From assembly GCA_051013385.1 (NCBI GenBank), contig CP143273.1:448001-512000 (forward strand): 64,000 nucleotides of DNA, in the 5' to 3' direction. Of the stretch, positions 30,692-41,285 are shown piece by piece. Position 1 is the first letter of the stretch; each line of letters starts with the position of its first letter. The position numbers and the translations under genes are program-made. Below the pieces are notes generated by a model that was given only the letters and a program-made list of their open reading frames with translations, ran no database searches and had not been told where the DNA came from. The DNA comes from Phormidium sp. (GTDB lineage Bacteria > Cyanobacteriota > Cyanobacteriia > Cyanobacteriales > Aerosakkonemataceae).

Positions 30692-30753
30692 ATTGTAGAG
30701 ACGTTATATTGTAGAGACGTTATATTGTAGAGACGTTATATATAACGTCTCTA
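30692..30753. repeat. GTAGAGACGTT...AACGTCTCTAC palindrome with triplicated left arm
   Basis: ATTGTAGAGACGTTAT three times, then ATAACGTCTCTACA; single copies at about 36603-36631, 40855-40883 and 62617-62644. Confidence 0.85.
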
Positions 30754-30877
30754 CAGGGTTTTGCAATAAGGTTCAGTAACTCAAATCTTGGATCTGTCGT
30801 TTTAGCCCGCCTGCGAATTGATTCGCAGGCGGATTTTGGGAGTGGTGCAAGATGTGAGATAAACTACTATTAGATAC

Positions 30878-31528
30878 TTAACGAGGTGCTTGCAGAAATT
30901 CTGCCTTTAGTCCTGTTAACTCTTGAAGTTGGGTGAGTAACTTCTCTCCAGTTTTTCGCTTTACTACAATTCTTAGTGTGTTTTTCGTTCCTTCTGGTGA
31001 GTCAGCGGATACCACTGATGTTTCAGACCCAGCTTTTGTGGTTTCTGAGTTAGGAATGTACTCGATCTCTATCTCGGAAACTTTTTTATCCCGTGTGGCA
31101 AAAAAACCAGGTAGCCCAAAGGCAAAGGTGCTGATTGCTCGTGCAGTTGAGTTATCTTTTTTCGCTTCCCGATAGCGAATTACTTTGATATTGTTGGGCA
31201 AGATTTGAATTTCTTGAGTTGCCTTTTCATTATCGATCGATCGAATTTTGTCGCCAAATTCGTAGTAAGCTGCGATCGTTTGTCCAATGATAGTTAGTTT
31301 ACATACAGTCTCAGTATTTACTCCATTAATCGTCAAAACACAAGCTCCGGCTTCACCTGGACGTTTTTCTAATGCAATCTCTCTAGAGTAGCCAGTACAG
31401 CGAGAATTCAAAGGAGATGTCGAGCAGAGTTCTGCAAGATCTGGTTCATTTACCAGCTGGGCAGAAACTGGAGCAAGTGCCAGAACAACCATGAGTGATG
31501 AGGTTGCCAAAAGAATTGGCGATCGCAT
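30878..31528 (-). CDS. Hypothetical secreted protein
   Basis: ATG at 31528 after GGAGG; signal peptide ending VSAQ; CSTSPLNSRC motif. Confidence 0.7.
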   Translation of the reverse strand: MRSPILLATSSLMVVLALAPVSAQLVNEPDLAELCSTSPLNSRCTGYSREIALEKRPGEAGACVLTINGVNTETVCKLTIIGQTIAAYYEFGDKIRSIDNEKATQEIQILPNNIKVIRYREAKKDNSTARAISTFAFGLPGFFATRDKKVSEIEIEYIPNSETTKAGSETSVVSADSPEGTKNTLRIVVKRKTGEKLLTQLQELTGLKAEFLQAPR

Positions 31529-31882
31529 TATTATGCCTCCCTTGATAAAATTGTCAGTAGTATTCCCGTACAAAATATAATATCTGTATCAATATTCTAA
31601 AAGGAATGTATTTTTCAGAAATCATCATTGCCTAATCAGGTAATGACTAAAAATGTAGGGTGCGTTAGCGTAGCGTAACGCACCATTCCCTGAATAAAAC
31701 TGAATCATTCATTAAGCCAAGAAGTAATTTCGGGAAACTCTTAGAAATTAGAATTTGACAAAATTCCTATAGGAGTTATTAAATATACCTTTATAACTGT
31801 AAACTCTAAATTAGCAATTAATTGATATGTTCCTATCCTCCCACCAAGTAGCAAATCAACTCCACTCACCCAACCAAAACAG

Positions 31883-34800
31883 ATGAAACCCTCACCTTCG
31901 TTATTTTACATTGCCCAAAGCAGCGCTCTTTTAACATTATTAGCTGCTCACCCAGCGACAGCGCAAATCATCCCAGATAACACAGTCAATACCACTGTTA
32001 CACCAAATGGTAATATTAATGTAATTGAAGGCGGAACCAGAGCAGGTAGTAATCTGTTTCACAGCTTTCAAGAGTTTTCCGTTCCCACAGGTAGGGAAGC
32101 CTTTTTTAATAATGCTTTCGATGTCCGAAATATATTTAGTCGAGTCACAGGTAAATTACCTTCTAATATTGATGGATTAATTCGTGCTAATGGCGTTGCA
32201 AACTTATTTTTACTCAATCCCAATGGAATTATTTTTGGGCCAAATGCCAGATTAAATATCGGTGGTTCATTTTTAGCCACTACCGCTAATAGTTTTAAGT
32301 TTGCTGATGGCAGCGAATTTAGTGCCACAAATCCCCAAACTGCACCTTTGTTAAGTATTAATGTACCGATTGGTTTGCAAATGGGTGCAAATCCAGGCAA
32401 TATAACAGTTAATGCAACTGGATTAAATCGTCCTTTGCCAGTAGAAGGAGAAACACTTGAACAACGAGTTGCTAGAGGGATTGCATTTGAAGAAGAAGTT
32501 CTCAATAATCTCCAAGGATTGCAAGTACAACCAGGAAAAACTATAGGTTTAGTCGGTGGAAATTTAACATTTAATGGTGGATTAGTTACAGTTAGGCAAG
32601 GAAGAATTGAATTAGGCAGCGTGAATTCTGGTGTAGTTAATTTAAATCCCACAGAAACCGGATTTGTTTTGGGATATGAAAATATTTCCAACTTTGGTGA
32701 AATTCAAATGTCGCAGTCATCTGCGGTAGCAGCATCAGGAGAAGGTGCAGGAGAGATTCGAGTTCGTGGGGGAAAGATAACTCTTAATGAAATATCGAGT
32801 ATTGGTGCAAATACAATAGGGAATGAAAATGGGAAAAGTGTCACTGTTGAAGCAGAACAGTTAAGTGTTTTTGGTGGTTCGTTTTTAGTTAGTGGTACGT
32901 TTAGTTCGGGTGATGCTGGGAATTTGATTGTTAAGGCAAAAGATTCAATAGAAGTGAGTGGAATTTCTGCTGATGGTAAGTTTCTCAGTACTCTACAAAC
33001 ATTTAGTCTTGCTGGTGGTAAAGCGGGGAATTTAACTATTGATACTGGACGGTTGACTGTCCAAGATGGAGCATCTATATCAACTGGGACTTCGAGCAAA
33101 GGACAGGGGGGAAACTTAACGGTTCGAGCTTCCCAAGAAGTACAAGTTAATGGTACTTCTGCCAATGGAAAATTTTCCAGTACCTTAACAACCTTAACCA
33201 ATGGTGCGGGAAATGCGGGAGACATGACGATTCAAACTGGACGGTTAACTCTCAGGGATGGGGCATTTGTGTCCACAGACACCAGAGGAACTGGAAACGG
33301 AGGAAATTTGCTGGTACAAGCTAAAGACTCTGTAGAAGTTGTGGGAACAATGCCCAATGGACTTTCAACCAGCCTATCAGCAGGAGTTGGTATAGGGGAA
33401 GGCTCCAGAGGGTCAGGTGGTAAACTAACAATTGAGACGGGTACATTGAGCATTCGCGACGGAGGTAGTGTTTCTACAGCAACTTGGGGTCAGGGAAATG
33501 CAGGTAATCTGTTAGTGAAGGCAACAGACTTAATAGAAGTTGTGGGAGAAGGGCCAGTCACTCCTGAATTACCAAATGGGATATTGAGTAGCCTCAATTC
33601 AGATGTTGTAACTGATGTTGTTGGTAATGGTGGAAATTTGACTGTTGAAACTCAAAGGTTAAGTGTTCGAGATGGTGGTCAAGTCTCAACAAGATTATAC
33701 GGTCAAGGGAAAGGTGGAACTATTCAAGTAAAAGCTAGCGAACTGGTGGAAGTAGTTGGTGCTGGGAGAATTAGACAATCTCAAAACGGTAAAGTTATTA
33801 GAATTTCTAGCGGCATTAATGCAGATGTGGGGGGAGGCGTAGGTTCTGGTGGAGATATTAACATCGACACCCAGGTGTTAAGTCTCCGTGATGGTGGACA
33901 GGTTACTGCCGCTGCGTTTGGCATAGGAGACGCAGGTAATATTCAAGTACAAGCCAGCAAAAGCGTAGAAGTAGTAGGAGCCGCAAACTTTGGTAATGTC
34001 AGTACTATTGGTACAGATGTATTGCGCGGTGTAGCGGGGCAAGGTGGAGATATCAATATTGATACTCAGGTGCTAAGTCTTCGCGAAGGTGGAGAGATTT
34101 CTGCGGGTACTGCTGGTATAGGAAACTCAGGCAATATTTATATTCGGGCAAAAGATAGGGTAGAAGTGGACGGAGCTACATCAGATAATCAAATTGTAAG
34201 TGGCATATACGCTAATGTTTTTTCTGGGGCAAAGGGCAATGGTGGCAACATTACAGTAGAAACCAGACGATTGACTATTGGTAAAGGCTTTATTTCTACT
34301 AGTACTTACGGTGATGGAAATGCAGGCGACATTTTGCTTCAAGCATCGGAAGCGGTGGAATTGAGTAACGATAACCTGATAAGTGCTATTACTTCCAAGG
34401 AAGCAACTGGAAATGGAGGAAAAATTACAATTGAAACTCAACGATTGCAGCTTGTTGACAACTCAGATGTGGTGGCTTTTAGTTTGGGTCAAGGAAAAGG
34501 GGGAACTATTACAATCAGAGCTTCTGAATCGGTGTTAGTGAGTGACACAAGTGGTTTATCAACATTCACTAATAGTACTGGCGATGCAGGCGACATAATT
34601 ATTGAAACTGGACAATTGATTGTTCAAAACCCTGGACGAAAAATATCTGCTAACTCGAATGCAGAAGGTAAAGGGGGCAACATCAAGCTCCAAGCAAATC
34701 AGTTAATTGTTCGCAATGGCGCACAAGTGATTGTGACTGCTTTTGGTGCGGGCAAAGCAGGCAATTTGACAGTAATAGCCGAAGAGCTCGAAGTTGTTGG

Positions 34801-36574
34801 AACATCGGCAGATGGTAGAGTCAGTGGCTTGTTTGCCAATACCGAAGGAACTGGTGATGCGGGAAACTTAACTATTGAAACTCAGAAATTGACTATCAGT
34901 GATGGGGGACAAATATCAGCTACTACTTTTAATGCTGGAAAAGCAGGTAGTTTAACTGTGAAAGCTGATGTAGTGAATGTGATAGGAAGATCAGCAGATG
35001 GTAAGTATCCCAGTGGCTTGTTTACCGACACTACTGGTACTGGTGATGCGGGAAACTTAATCATTGAAACTCAGCAATTGACTGTTCAAGGCGGGGCACA
35101 AATAACAGCTACTACTTTAGATGCGGGAAAAGGAGGCAGTTTAACAATCACAGCCGATGTAGTGCAGATTGGCTCATCAACAGATGGTCAGTTTTTGAGT
35201 AGCTTGCTTGTCACCTCTGAGGGAACTGGTGATGGTGGGAACTTAAGTATTCAAACTAAGCAATTGATTCTTCAAGGTGGGGCACAGATATCGGCTAGTA
35301 ATTTTGGTGCTGGAAAAGCAGGTAATTTGACAGTAAAAGCTGATGTAGCAGAGGTGATTGGAACATCACCAGATGAGAAGTTTCCCAGTGGCTTGTTTGC
35401 TAACACTGACGGAACTGGTGATGGAGGAAACTTAAGCATTGAAACTCAGCAATTGACTGTCCGTGATGGCGCACAAATACTAGCTGGTACTGATGGTGCG
35501 GGAAAAGGAGGCAATTTGACAGTCAAAGCCGATGTAGTTGAGGTGATTGGAGGAGCAGCATCGGGTAAGTCTGCAAGTAGCTTGTCTACTAGCTCTGAAG
35601 GAACTGGCAATGCCGGAAATCTAACTATTAACACCAGAAATTTCATTGTCCGAGATGGGGCGCAAGTAGCTGCTGGTACTTTCGGTTCTGGAAAAGCAGG
35701 CAATTTTAAGATTACAGCAGAGTTAATCGAAGTGGCTGGAAAAGCTCCCAATGCTAAATATTCCGGTTTATTTGTTACTAGTGAAGAAGGGTCTGGGGAT
35801 GCTGGAAACTTAACAATTAATACTGGACGTTTGATTGTGCGAGATGGAGCGAGAGTCACTGCTAGCAGTTTCGGCACAGGCGCAGCTGGTAACTTGGAAG
35901 TAACAGCAAATTCTATTTTCATCGACAACGGGGGAATCTTAAGAGCTACAACCGCATCAGGTAATCAGGGTAATATTAATTTGCTTTCCTCTTCTTTAAT
36001 TATGCGTCGTGGTAGCAACATTACCACTAATGCTACAGGTAAAGCTACAGGTGGCAATATTATTATCAACACTGATGTTTTAGCTGCTTTGGAAAACAGC
36101 GATATTAGCGCCAATGCTGAAGATAGTTTTGGTGGTCGAGTTATTATCAATGCTCAAGGGATTTTTGGTACTAAGTTTCGTCCTGATAATACTCCCGAAA
36201 GTGATATTACTGCTACTTCTAAACTCGGCCCTCAATTTAGTGGTTCGGTGCAAATTAATACTCCTGAAGTTGACCCTAATTCGGGGTTAGTGAATTTCCC
36301 AGAAAATGCGGTTGATGTTTCGCGATTAGTTCCTAAAGGTTGTGTTGCTAGGAGAAAGGAAACTGGAACTTTTTATATTACTGGGAATGGTGGTTTTCAA
36401 TATCGTCCGGGGGATGGTTTGATGTCGCCTTTGCCTACTGGGGAAGTGCGTTCTATCCCAGAGAATAATTCTTTTGAAACGTCAGAAGTTAATGGGCGAA
36501 TTATTGAGGCGCAAGGGGTTTATAAGTTGGAAAATGGTCAGATGGTTTTGGGTTGGGAATGTCCTGAGCAATAA
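31883..36574 (+). CDS. Filamentous haemagglutinin N-terminal (TPS) domain protein, copy 2
   Basis: Same architecture as copy 1; near-identical N- and C-terminal regions. Confidence 0.92.
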   Translation: MKPSPSLFYIAQSSALLTLLAAHPATAQIIPDNTVNTTVTPNGNINVIEGGTRAGSNLFHSFQEFSVPTGREAFFNNAFDVRNIFSRVTGKLPSNIDGLIRANGVANLFLLNPNGIIFGPNARLNIGGSFLATTANSFKFADGSEFSATNPQTAPLLSINVPIGLQMGANPGNITVNATGLNRPLPVEGETLEQRVARGIAFEEEVLNNLQGLQVQPGKTIGLVGGNLTFNGGLVTVRQGRIELGSVNSGVVNLNPTETGFVLGYENISNFGEIQMSQSSAVAASGEGAGEIRVRGGKITLNEISSIGANTIGNENGKSVTVEAEQLSVFGGSFLVSGTFSSGDAGNLIVKAKDSIEVSGISADGKFLSTLQTFSLAGGKAGNLTIDTGRLTVQDGASISTGTSSKGQGGNLTVRASQEVQVNGTSANGKFSSTLTTLTNGAGNAGDMTIQTGRLTLRDGAFVSTDTRGTGNGGNLLVQAKDSVEVVGTMPNGLSTSLSAGVGIGEGSRGSGGKLTIETGTLSIRDGGSVSTATWGQGNAGNLLVKATDLIEVVGEGPVTPELPNGILSSLNSDVVTDVVGNGGNLTVETQRLSVRDGGQVSTRLYGQGKGGTIQVKASELVEVVGAGRIRQSQNGKVIRISSGINADVGGGVGSGGDINIDTQVLSLRDGGQVTAAAFGIGDAGNIQVQASKSVEVVGAANFGNVSTIGTDVLRGVAGQGGDINIDTQVLSLREGGEISAGTAGIGNSGNIYIRAKDRVEVDGATSDNQIVSGIYANVFSGAKGNGGNITVETRRLTIGKGFISTSTYGDGNAGDILLQASEAVELSNDNLISAITSKEATGNGGKITIETQRLQLVDNSDVVAFSLGQGKGGTITIRASESVLVSDTSGLSTFTNSTGDAGDIIIETGQLIVQNPGRKISANSNAEGKGGNIKLQANQLIVRNGAQVIVTAFGAGKAGNLTVIAEELEVVGTSADGRVSGLFANTEGTGDAGNLTIETQKLTISDGGQISATTFNAGKAGSLTVKADVVNVIGRSADGKYPSGLFTDTTGTGDAGNLIIETQQLTVQGGAQITATTLDAGKGGSLTITADVVQIGSSTDGQFLSSLLVTSEGTGDGGNLSIQTKQLILQGGAQISASNFGAGKAGNLTVKADVAEVIGTSPDEKFPSGLFANTDGTGDGGNLSIETQQLTVRDGAQILAGTDGAGKGGNLTVKADVVEVIGGAASGKSASSLSTSSEGTGNAGNLTINTRNFIVRDGAQVAAGTFGSGKAGNFKITAELIEVAGKAPNAKYSGLFVTSEEGSGDAGNLTINTGRLIVRDGARVTASSFGTGAAGNLEVTANSIFIDNGGILRATTASGNQGNINLLSSSLIMRRGSNITTNATGKATGGNIIINTDVLAALENSDISANAEDSFGGRVIINAQGIFGTKFRPDNTPESDITATSKLGPQFSGSVQINTPEVDPNSGLVNFPENAVDVSRLVPKGCVARRKETGTFYITGNGGFQYRPGDGLMSPLPTGEVRSIPENNSFETSEVNGRIIEAQGVYKLENGQMVLGWECPEQ

Positions 36575-36673
36575 TATTGTGTTTGATTAATTATATAGTA
36601 AATGTAGAGACGTTATATATAACGTCTCTACATTATGAATAAACGCGGCAGGTTATAATTGTTTAGTCAATTT

Positions 36674-38014
36674 CTAAAGTGTCAAAATGGGGTCTGTGGT
36701 GGTGATTGTGAAGAGGGAGGCTTCTATTGTGGTTATGGAAACGCTCATCACTACTCCTAAGATTTCGTTGGTTGATCCTAGTTTGATTACTGTGTCTGAG
36801 ATTCCGTCTTGATTGATATCTAGGGCATCATAAGTTAAAAGTTCTGGGGTGATGTCTTCTGTAAAACCTATACGATCGCCCTCCTCAACATCAAAATCAG
36901 TAATATAATCAACTAAACTGACATTGTATTGTCCAACAGCTTCATCTCTGCGGAAAATATAAGTATCTGCACCACTACCACCAGTTAAAGTATCAGTTCC
37001 TAAATCTCCAATTAAAACATCATCATCATCGCCACCTGATACCGTATCATTTCCTTTACCTCCCCGCAATAAATCATCACCTTTATCCCCGGAAACATTA
37101 TCATTACCTTGGTTGCCATTAATAATATCTTCATCTTCGTCTCCATAAATCAAATCATTGTCATCACCAGCATAGATTAAATCTCCACCTTTACCAGCAT
37201 AAAGTGTATCTGCTCCTTGATTTGCATAAACAATATCACTAATAATTGAGCCAGTTAATGAATCGTCATTTTCACTAGCCCAAACACCTCCTGTATATGT
37301 GGTAGAAATTTCTTCGGTAATTACAATTTCTTCACCCGCTGAGTATTCTAGTTGATATACATCGTTGTTTGATATACCGATGAACGCACTAGTAACTGTT
37401 TTCCGATAAGTTAAAACAGTCTCTACTGTTGTCACAACTGTCGAACTCACTTGGGAAACTTTTCCAAACAAAGATGTAGTAGTAACAGTAAATTCTGGAG
37501 CATTAAATTGCCCTCTAGTTGTTAAATCTCCATCAGATGTTTTAAACCCAAAAAGTTCTAGCGTGTAAAGGTTCCCTTTATACTTAAAGGTTTCTTCAGA
37601 TAAACCAGCATCAGAAAACCGGAGAAAGTCACCGTCTAAAACCGGATCGCCTGTTGTATTATTGACTTCAAACAAATTAAACGAAAACTCAAATTTTTCT
37701 TCCCTGTCAATCGGATCTGAAAAAGATAAATATATTTCTAGGGGAAAATCACCTTCAAAATTGGTACCCCCCTTAAGTTCACCATTGCCATAAGTTAAGT
37801 CTCCTAAATAGAAAATGTTATTTAAACCTGTATTAAACTCTTCTCCATCAAATTGGACATAACTACTAAAGCTGTCAGAAGAACTAGGTTTACCCCAAGT
37901 TAGGCGATTGTCTGTTCCTCCATCTTCATCAGTAATTTTAAAAACTGTTGTCCGCCAAGGATTGACAGGAGGGCCAAATATTCCAAAAGATTCTCCAGTG
38001 AATTTTAGTGCCAT
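36674..38014 (-). CDS. RTX-type calcium-binding protein with N-terminal beta domain (choice-of-anchor K-like)
   Basis: GxGxD nonapeptide repeats (GNQGNDNV, GGKGNDTV, GGSGADTY); the N-domain call is tentative. Confidence 0.75.
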   Translation of the reverse strand: MALKFTGESFGIFGPPVNPWRTTVFKITDEDGGTDNRLTWGKPSSSDSFSSYVQFDGEEFNTGLNNIFYLGDLTYGNGELKGGTNFEGDFPLEIYLSFSDPIDREEKFEFSFNLFEVNNTTGDPVLDGDFLRFSDAGLSEETFKYKGNLYTLELFGFKTSDGDLTTRGQFNAPEFTVTTTSLFGKVSQVSSTVVTTVETVLTYRKTVTSAFIGISNNDVYQLEYSAGEEIVITEEISTTYTGGVWASENDDSLTGSIISDIVYANQGADTLYAGKGGDLIYAGDDNDLIYGDEDEDIINGNQGNDNVSGDKGDDLLRGGKGNDTVSGGDDDDVLIGDLGTDTLTGGSGADTYIFRRDEAVGQYNVSLVDYITDFDVEEGDRIGFTEDITPELLTYDALDINQDGISDTVIKLGSTNEILGVVMSVSITTIEASLFTITTTDPILTL

Positions 38015-38256
38015 ATATTCATTCCTAAATTCTATTTATCTGTGGCGCTTCTGAGTTTAGAAAATTTGAATCAAAAGATAAATGTCTTTTTCGGTAATAA
38101 TTATTGTCTAATTCGGAAATTACATTAATAAAAGTTGGTAATTGCTAATTCTTAAATCAGAAATAAACTTCGCGTAAATGGCTAATGATTTAATTAGTCT
38201 GACAATTTATTGTGGATAGCAAGAAATTGGCGTAGCAAAAAGCCGAGGAAAATCAA

Positions 38257-39033
38257 ATGAGTTTGGCTATTTTTGATGAACAGTTCTACCTAGCAAATAA
38301 TCCTGATGTTAGGGCATCTGTCGAAGCTGGAAAGTTTCGTTCTGGTCGAGAACATTTTGAGAAATATGGTTTAAAAGAAGGTCGTACTTTAGTATCACCT
38401 TATTACGATGAAGCTGCTTATTTACGGAAGTTTCCCGATGTGGCAACAGCTGTTCAAAATAAGTTAATTCCTTCAGGTATTGCACATTACATTCAAGCTG
38501 GAGAAGCGGAAGGACGTTCTGGAACTCCTTTTAATGAGGACATTTATTTATTAGCTTACCCAGATGTTGCTAATGCAGTTAAAACAGGAACTTTTAGTTC
38601 TGGTTTCGATCACTACAGAAAAGTTGGTCAATTTGAAGAACGCGGCGCTTTTTTTTCTGGAACAAGTGGTAGCGATCGCATTAAATCCTTTGGTAGAGTA
38701 GCGATCGTTTACGGTGTCGATCCTCTCACTGAAGGTGGTAGCATTCCTCAAGTTGACACCCTGATCGGTGGCAATGGATTAGATATATTCACATTAGGAG
38801 ATTATTATATAGGCGCTGGTAATGCTGACTATGCTGTAATTCAGAATTTTAACCCTTTGCATTTTGATTTGATCGGTTTTTCAGGACGATCGAGTGACTA
38901 TAACTTCCAAGTGTTCAATGGCAACACTAACATTTCCACAACTAAGGGAGATCTCGTTGCTGTAGTGGAGGGAAATACCAATCTCAGTGTTTTAAGCTCA
39001 GATCCATTTACTAATGTTTTTATCGTCGGTTAG
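38257..39033 (+). CDS. Calcium-binding surface protein with YLxxxPDV repeats
   Basis: Three FDExxYLxxxPDV...GxxHY repeats plus an RTX-like C-terminus (DTLIGGNGLD). Confidence 0.8.
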   Translation: MSLAIFDEQFYLANNPDVRASVEAGKFRSGREHFEKYGLKEGRTLVSPYYDEAAYLRKFPDVATAVQNKLIPSGIAHYIQAGEAEGRSGTPFNEDIYLLAYPDVANAVKTGTFSSGFDHYRKVGQFEERGAFFSGTSGSDRIKSFGRVAIVYGVDPLTEGGSIPQVDTLIGGNGLDIFTLGDYYIGAGNADYAVIQNFNPLHFDLIGFSGRSSDYNFQVFNGNTNISTTKGDLVAVVEGNTNLSVLSSDPFTNVFIVG

Positions 39034-39073
39034 CCAAATAGCTATCTTAATTCTTTGACACTCCCCCGTCAAG

Positions 39074-40276
39074 CTACGCTGTGACGGGAGATTCTTGTTT
39101 CACAGAAGAATGCTTTTTAACGCAAGTGTTAACGAGTCTTACTTCCTCTCCACAAGCTTGAAATTCCGTATGCCCTACGGTATTTGTTGACAGTATGTTT
39201 ATACCTTCTTCCCTTAAGTTGATGGCAGAATTTTCATCTCTATCGTGATGGGTTTTACACTCTGGACAAATCCACTCACGAATGCTTAGATTTAATGAAT
39301 TATTCTTAAACTTACAACGATTACAAAGTTTTGTACTGGGAAAAAATCTGTCAACTTGAACAAGTTTTCCGCCCTCTCTTTCCAGCTTGTAGCCTATAAA
39401 GTTAAGCAACATACCAAACCCTGCATCTAATATTGATTTAGCTAACCTAGTACGTGCTAATCCTTTTACACAAAGGTTTTCCGCTACAATGACTTGGTTA
39501 TCATCAACAAGCTTTCTTGAGAGTTTATGCAAAAAATCCTGTCTGGTATTTGTTATTTTTTCGTGAATGCGAGCTACTATGCAAACTGATAAACGTCTAT
39601 TATTTGACCCCAAAACTTTTCTAGATAATGCTTGTTGCCTACGTTTTAAACGTTTAGCATATTTTCTGGTAGGTTTGATTGGGTCAACCTTGTAACAAGT
39701 TTCTCCATCAAATACAGTTACTAAACTGTTCAAACCTAAATCAATCGCTGATATTTTGCCTTCTTTATTACTGGTTAAATCATCAGTCTCAAATAAGATT
39801 GCAGCAAAATACTTATCTGTACTTGTTTGAGAAACAGTTACAGATTTAATCTTGCCATTAACACTTTTTGAGATTGAAGCTTTAACAATACCAAGTTTGG
39901 GTAGTTTCAACCCACCATTTTTTATTGAACAACTTTCAGGATAACGGATTGATTGCTTTTTGTGTTTGCTTTTAAATTTAGGGAATTTAGCTCGGTGAGC
40001 AAAGAAGTTTTTAAATGCTAATTCCAGATTTTTTAGTGTTTGTTGTAATGTAGCAGCAGTTACCTCTTGTAGCCATTCAAAATCCGTTAGCTTTTTCAGT
40101 TGAGTTAGGTCTTTCGCCATGTCACAATAGCTCATGCCCTTACCCGTTTCTTGATACTGATTGTTAGTTTTATTTAGGTAATAATTCCACACAAACCTAG
40201 AGCAACCAAAGCTTTTAGCCAAAGCTTCTTGCTGCCCTTTGTTTGGGTAAATTCTTACTTTTAATGTGTCTAACAT
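39074..40276 (-). CDS. tnpB: RNA-guided endonuclease TnpB
   Basis: RuvC motifs AIDLG / VAENL / DRDENSA and zinc ribbon; clear paralog of 13037-14251. Confidence 0.95.
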   Translation of the reverse strand: MLDTLKVRIYPNKGQQEALAKSFGCSRFVWNYYLNKTNNQYQETGKGMSYCDMAKDLTQLKKLTDFEWLQEVTAATLQQTLKNLELAFKNFFAHRAKFPKFKSKHKKQSIRYPESCSIKNGGLKLPKLGIVKASISKSVNGKIKSVTVSQTSTDKYFAAILFETDDLTSNKEGKISAIDLGLNSLVTVFDGETCYKVDPIKPTRKYAKRLKRRQQALSRKVLGSNNRRLSVCIVARIHEKITNTRQDFLHKLSRKLVDDNQVIVAENLCVKGLARTRLAKSILDAGFGMLLNFIGYKLEREGGKLVQVDRFFPSTKLCNRCKFKNNSLNLSIREWICPECKTHHDRDENSAINLREEGINILSTNTVGHTEFQACGEEVRLVNTCVKKHSSVKQESPVTA

Positions 40277-40326
40277 CAGTTATTTTGAGCTAAAATTGTT
40301 GGGATCTTAACACTTGGCGCTATAAA

Positions 40327-40740
40327 ATGTCAACTACATACCATCACGGTTTTAGGTCTGTTTACAAGCTTAACGCTCACGTCGTTTTAGTGGTAAAATA
40401 CCGTAGACGTGCGATTAACGCCGAAATCCTAACTCGGCTGGAGCAAATCTTAAAACAAACCTTAAATAAATGGGAATCGGAATTACTAGAATTTAATGGG
40501 GAGTCAGATCATGTTCACTTATTGATTGACTATAAGCCGGATATACCACTGTCTACATTAATCGGCAATTTGAAAACAGTTAGTAGTAGATTAATCCGTA
40601 AAGAATATCCCTGGCTTGCCTCAAAATATTTCTATAACAAACCTTATTTTTGGACTGGTTCTTACTTTGTTGCTAGTTGTGGCGGTGCTACAGTTGAACA
40701 ATTAAAGAAATATGTTGAACAACAAGCGACACCGGAATAA
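40327..40740 (+). CDS. tnpA: IS200/IS605 Y1 (HUH) transposase
   Basis: HVVLVVKYRR, DHVHLL HUH motif, FWTGSYF and catalytic YVEQQ. Confidence 0.95.
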   Translation: MSTTYHHGFRSVYKLNAHVVLVVKYRRRAINAEILTRLEQILKQTLNKWESELLEFNGESDHVHLLIDYKPDIPLSTLIGNLKTVSSRLIRKEYPWLASKYFYNKPYFWTGSYFVASCGGATVEQLKKYVEQQATPE

Positions 40741-40938
40741 CGATTCGCTACCGCTCAGTTTATATGTTTAGTCGCCATTCATCTCCCGTTAACGGAAGCG
40801 AGTGTAACGGGAGATGAATGGCTCCATTATTGATAGACATCTCCTGTCAAAGGATGTAGAGACGTTGTATACAACGTCTCTACAATGGTTCCTAATAATC
40901 GAAAATCCAGTCCGCGAGGGCGGATTTTGTTTGTCTAG

Positions 40939-41080
40939 TAAGTAGGTAGATCTAAATAAAGTAAAACAAAGGCGGGCAAGATGCCCACCCCACAAGAAAG
41001 CTGGAAATCTTGTGGGGTGGGCATCTTGCCCGCCCCATTGATAAATAACTATTTTCACTTTATTTATTTACACCTATTTA
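40939..41080. mobile_element. TA-flanked MITE with internal palindrome
   Basis: TAAGTAGGTAGATCTAAATAAAGT ... ACTTTATTTATTTACACCTATTTA, enclosing GGCGGGCAAGATGCCCACCCCACAAGA and its complement. Confidence 0.65.
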
Positions 41081-41285
41081 GTGACTTTAGTCGCCTCATG
41101 TATTTTTCGGTAATAACCGTTTCCTAACCAGGTAATTACCTTGAGAAAATCTGGAAATTGCTACTCCTTAAATCAGAAATTAAGTTCGCGCAAATAACTA
41201 ATGATTTAACTTGTTGAAAGCTTTATTCTCAAAATTAAGAACAACCGAAGAAAGAAAATATCATTATTAGTTTGTGAGACAGTTT

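Larger units (their letters stand above)
39055..40832 (-). mobile_element. Complete IS605-group element with divergent tnpA and tnpB
   Basis: Right end ...GGAGTGTCAA (minus strand) at 39055; left hairpin GCCATTCATCTCCCGTTA...TAACGGGAGATGAATGGC at about 40774-40822. Confidence 0.9.

Noticed and set aside
24248..36150. Antisense ORFs inside the two haemagglutinin genes, including twin 207-aa ORFs
   Set aside because: Shadow frames of repetitive Gly/Thr/Asn-rich coding sequence; duplicated only because the host genes are
39035..39054. Predicted guide of the second IS605 resembles the left junction of the first (CTATCTTAA)
   Set aside because: Only a 9-nt AT-rich match, without the predicted TAM in the right place; likely chance
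40789..41058. 89-aa ORF
   Set aside because: Made of the IS end and palindromic repeat sequence
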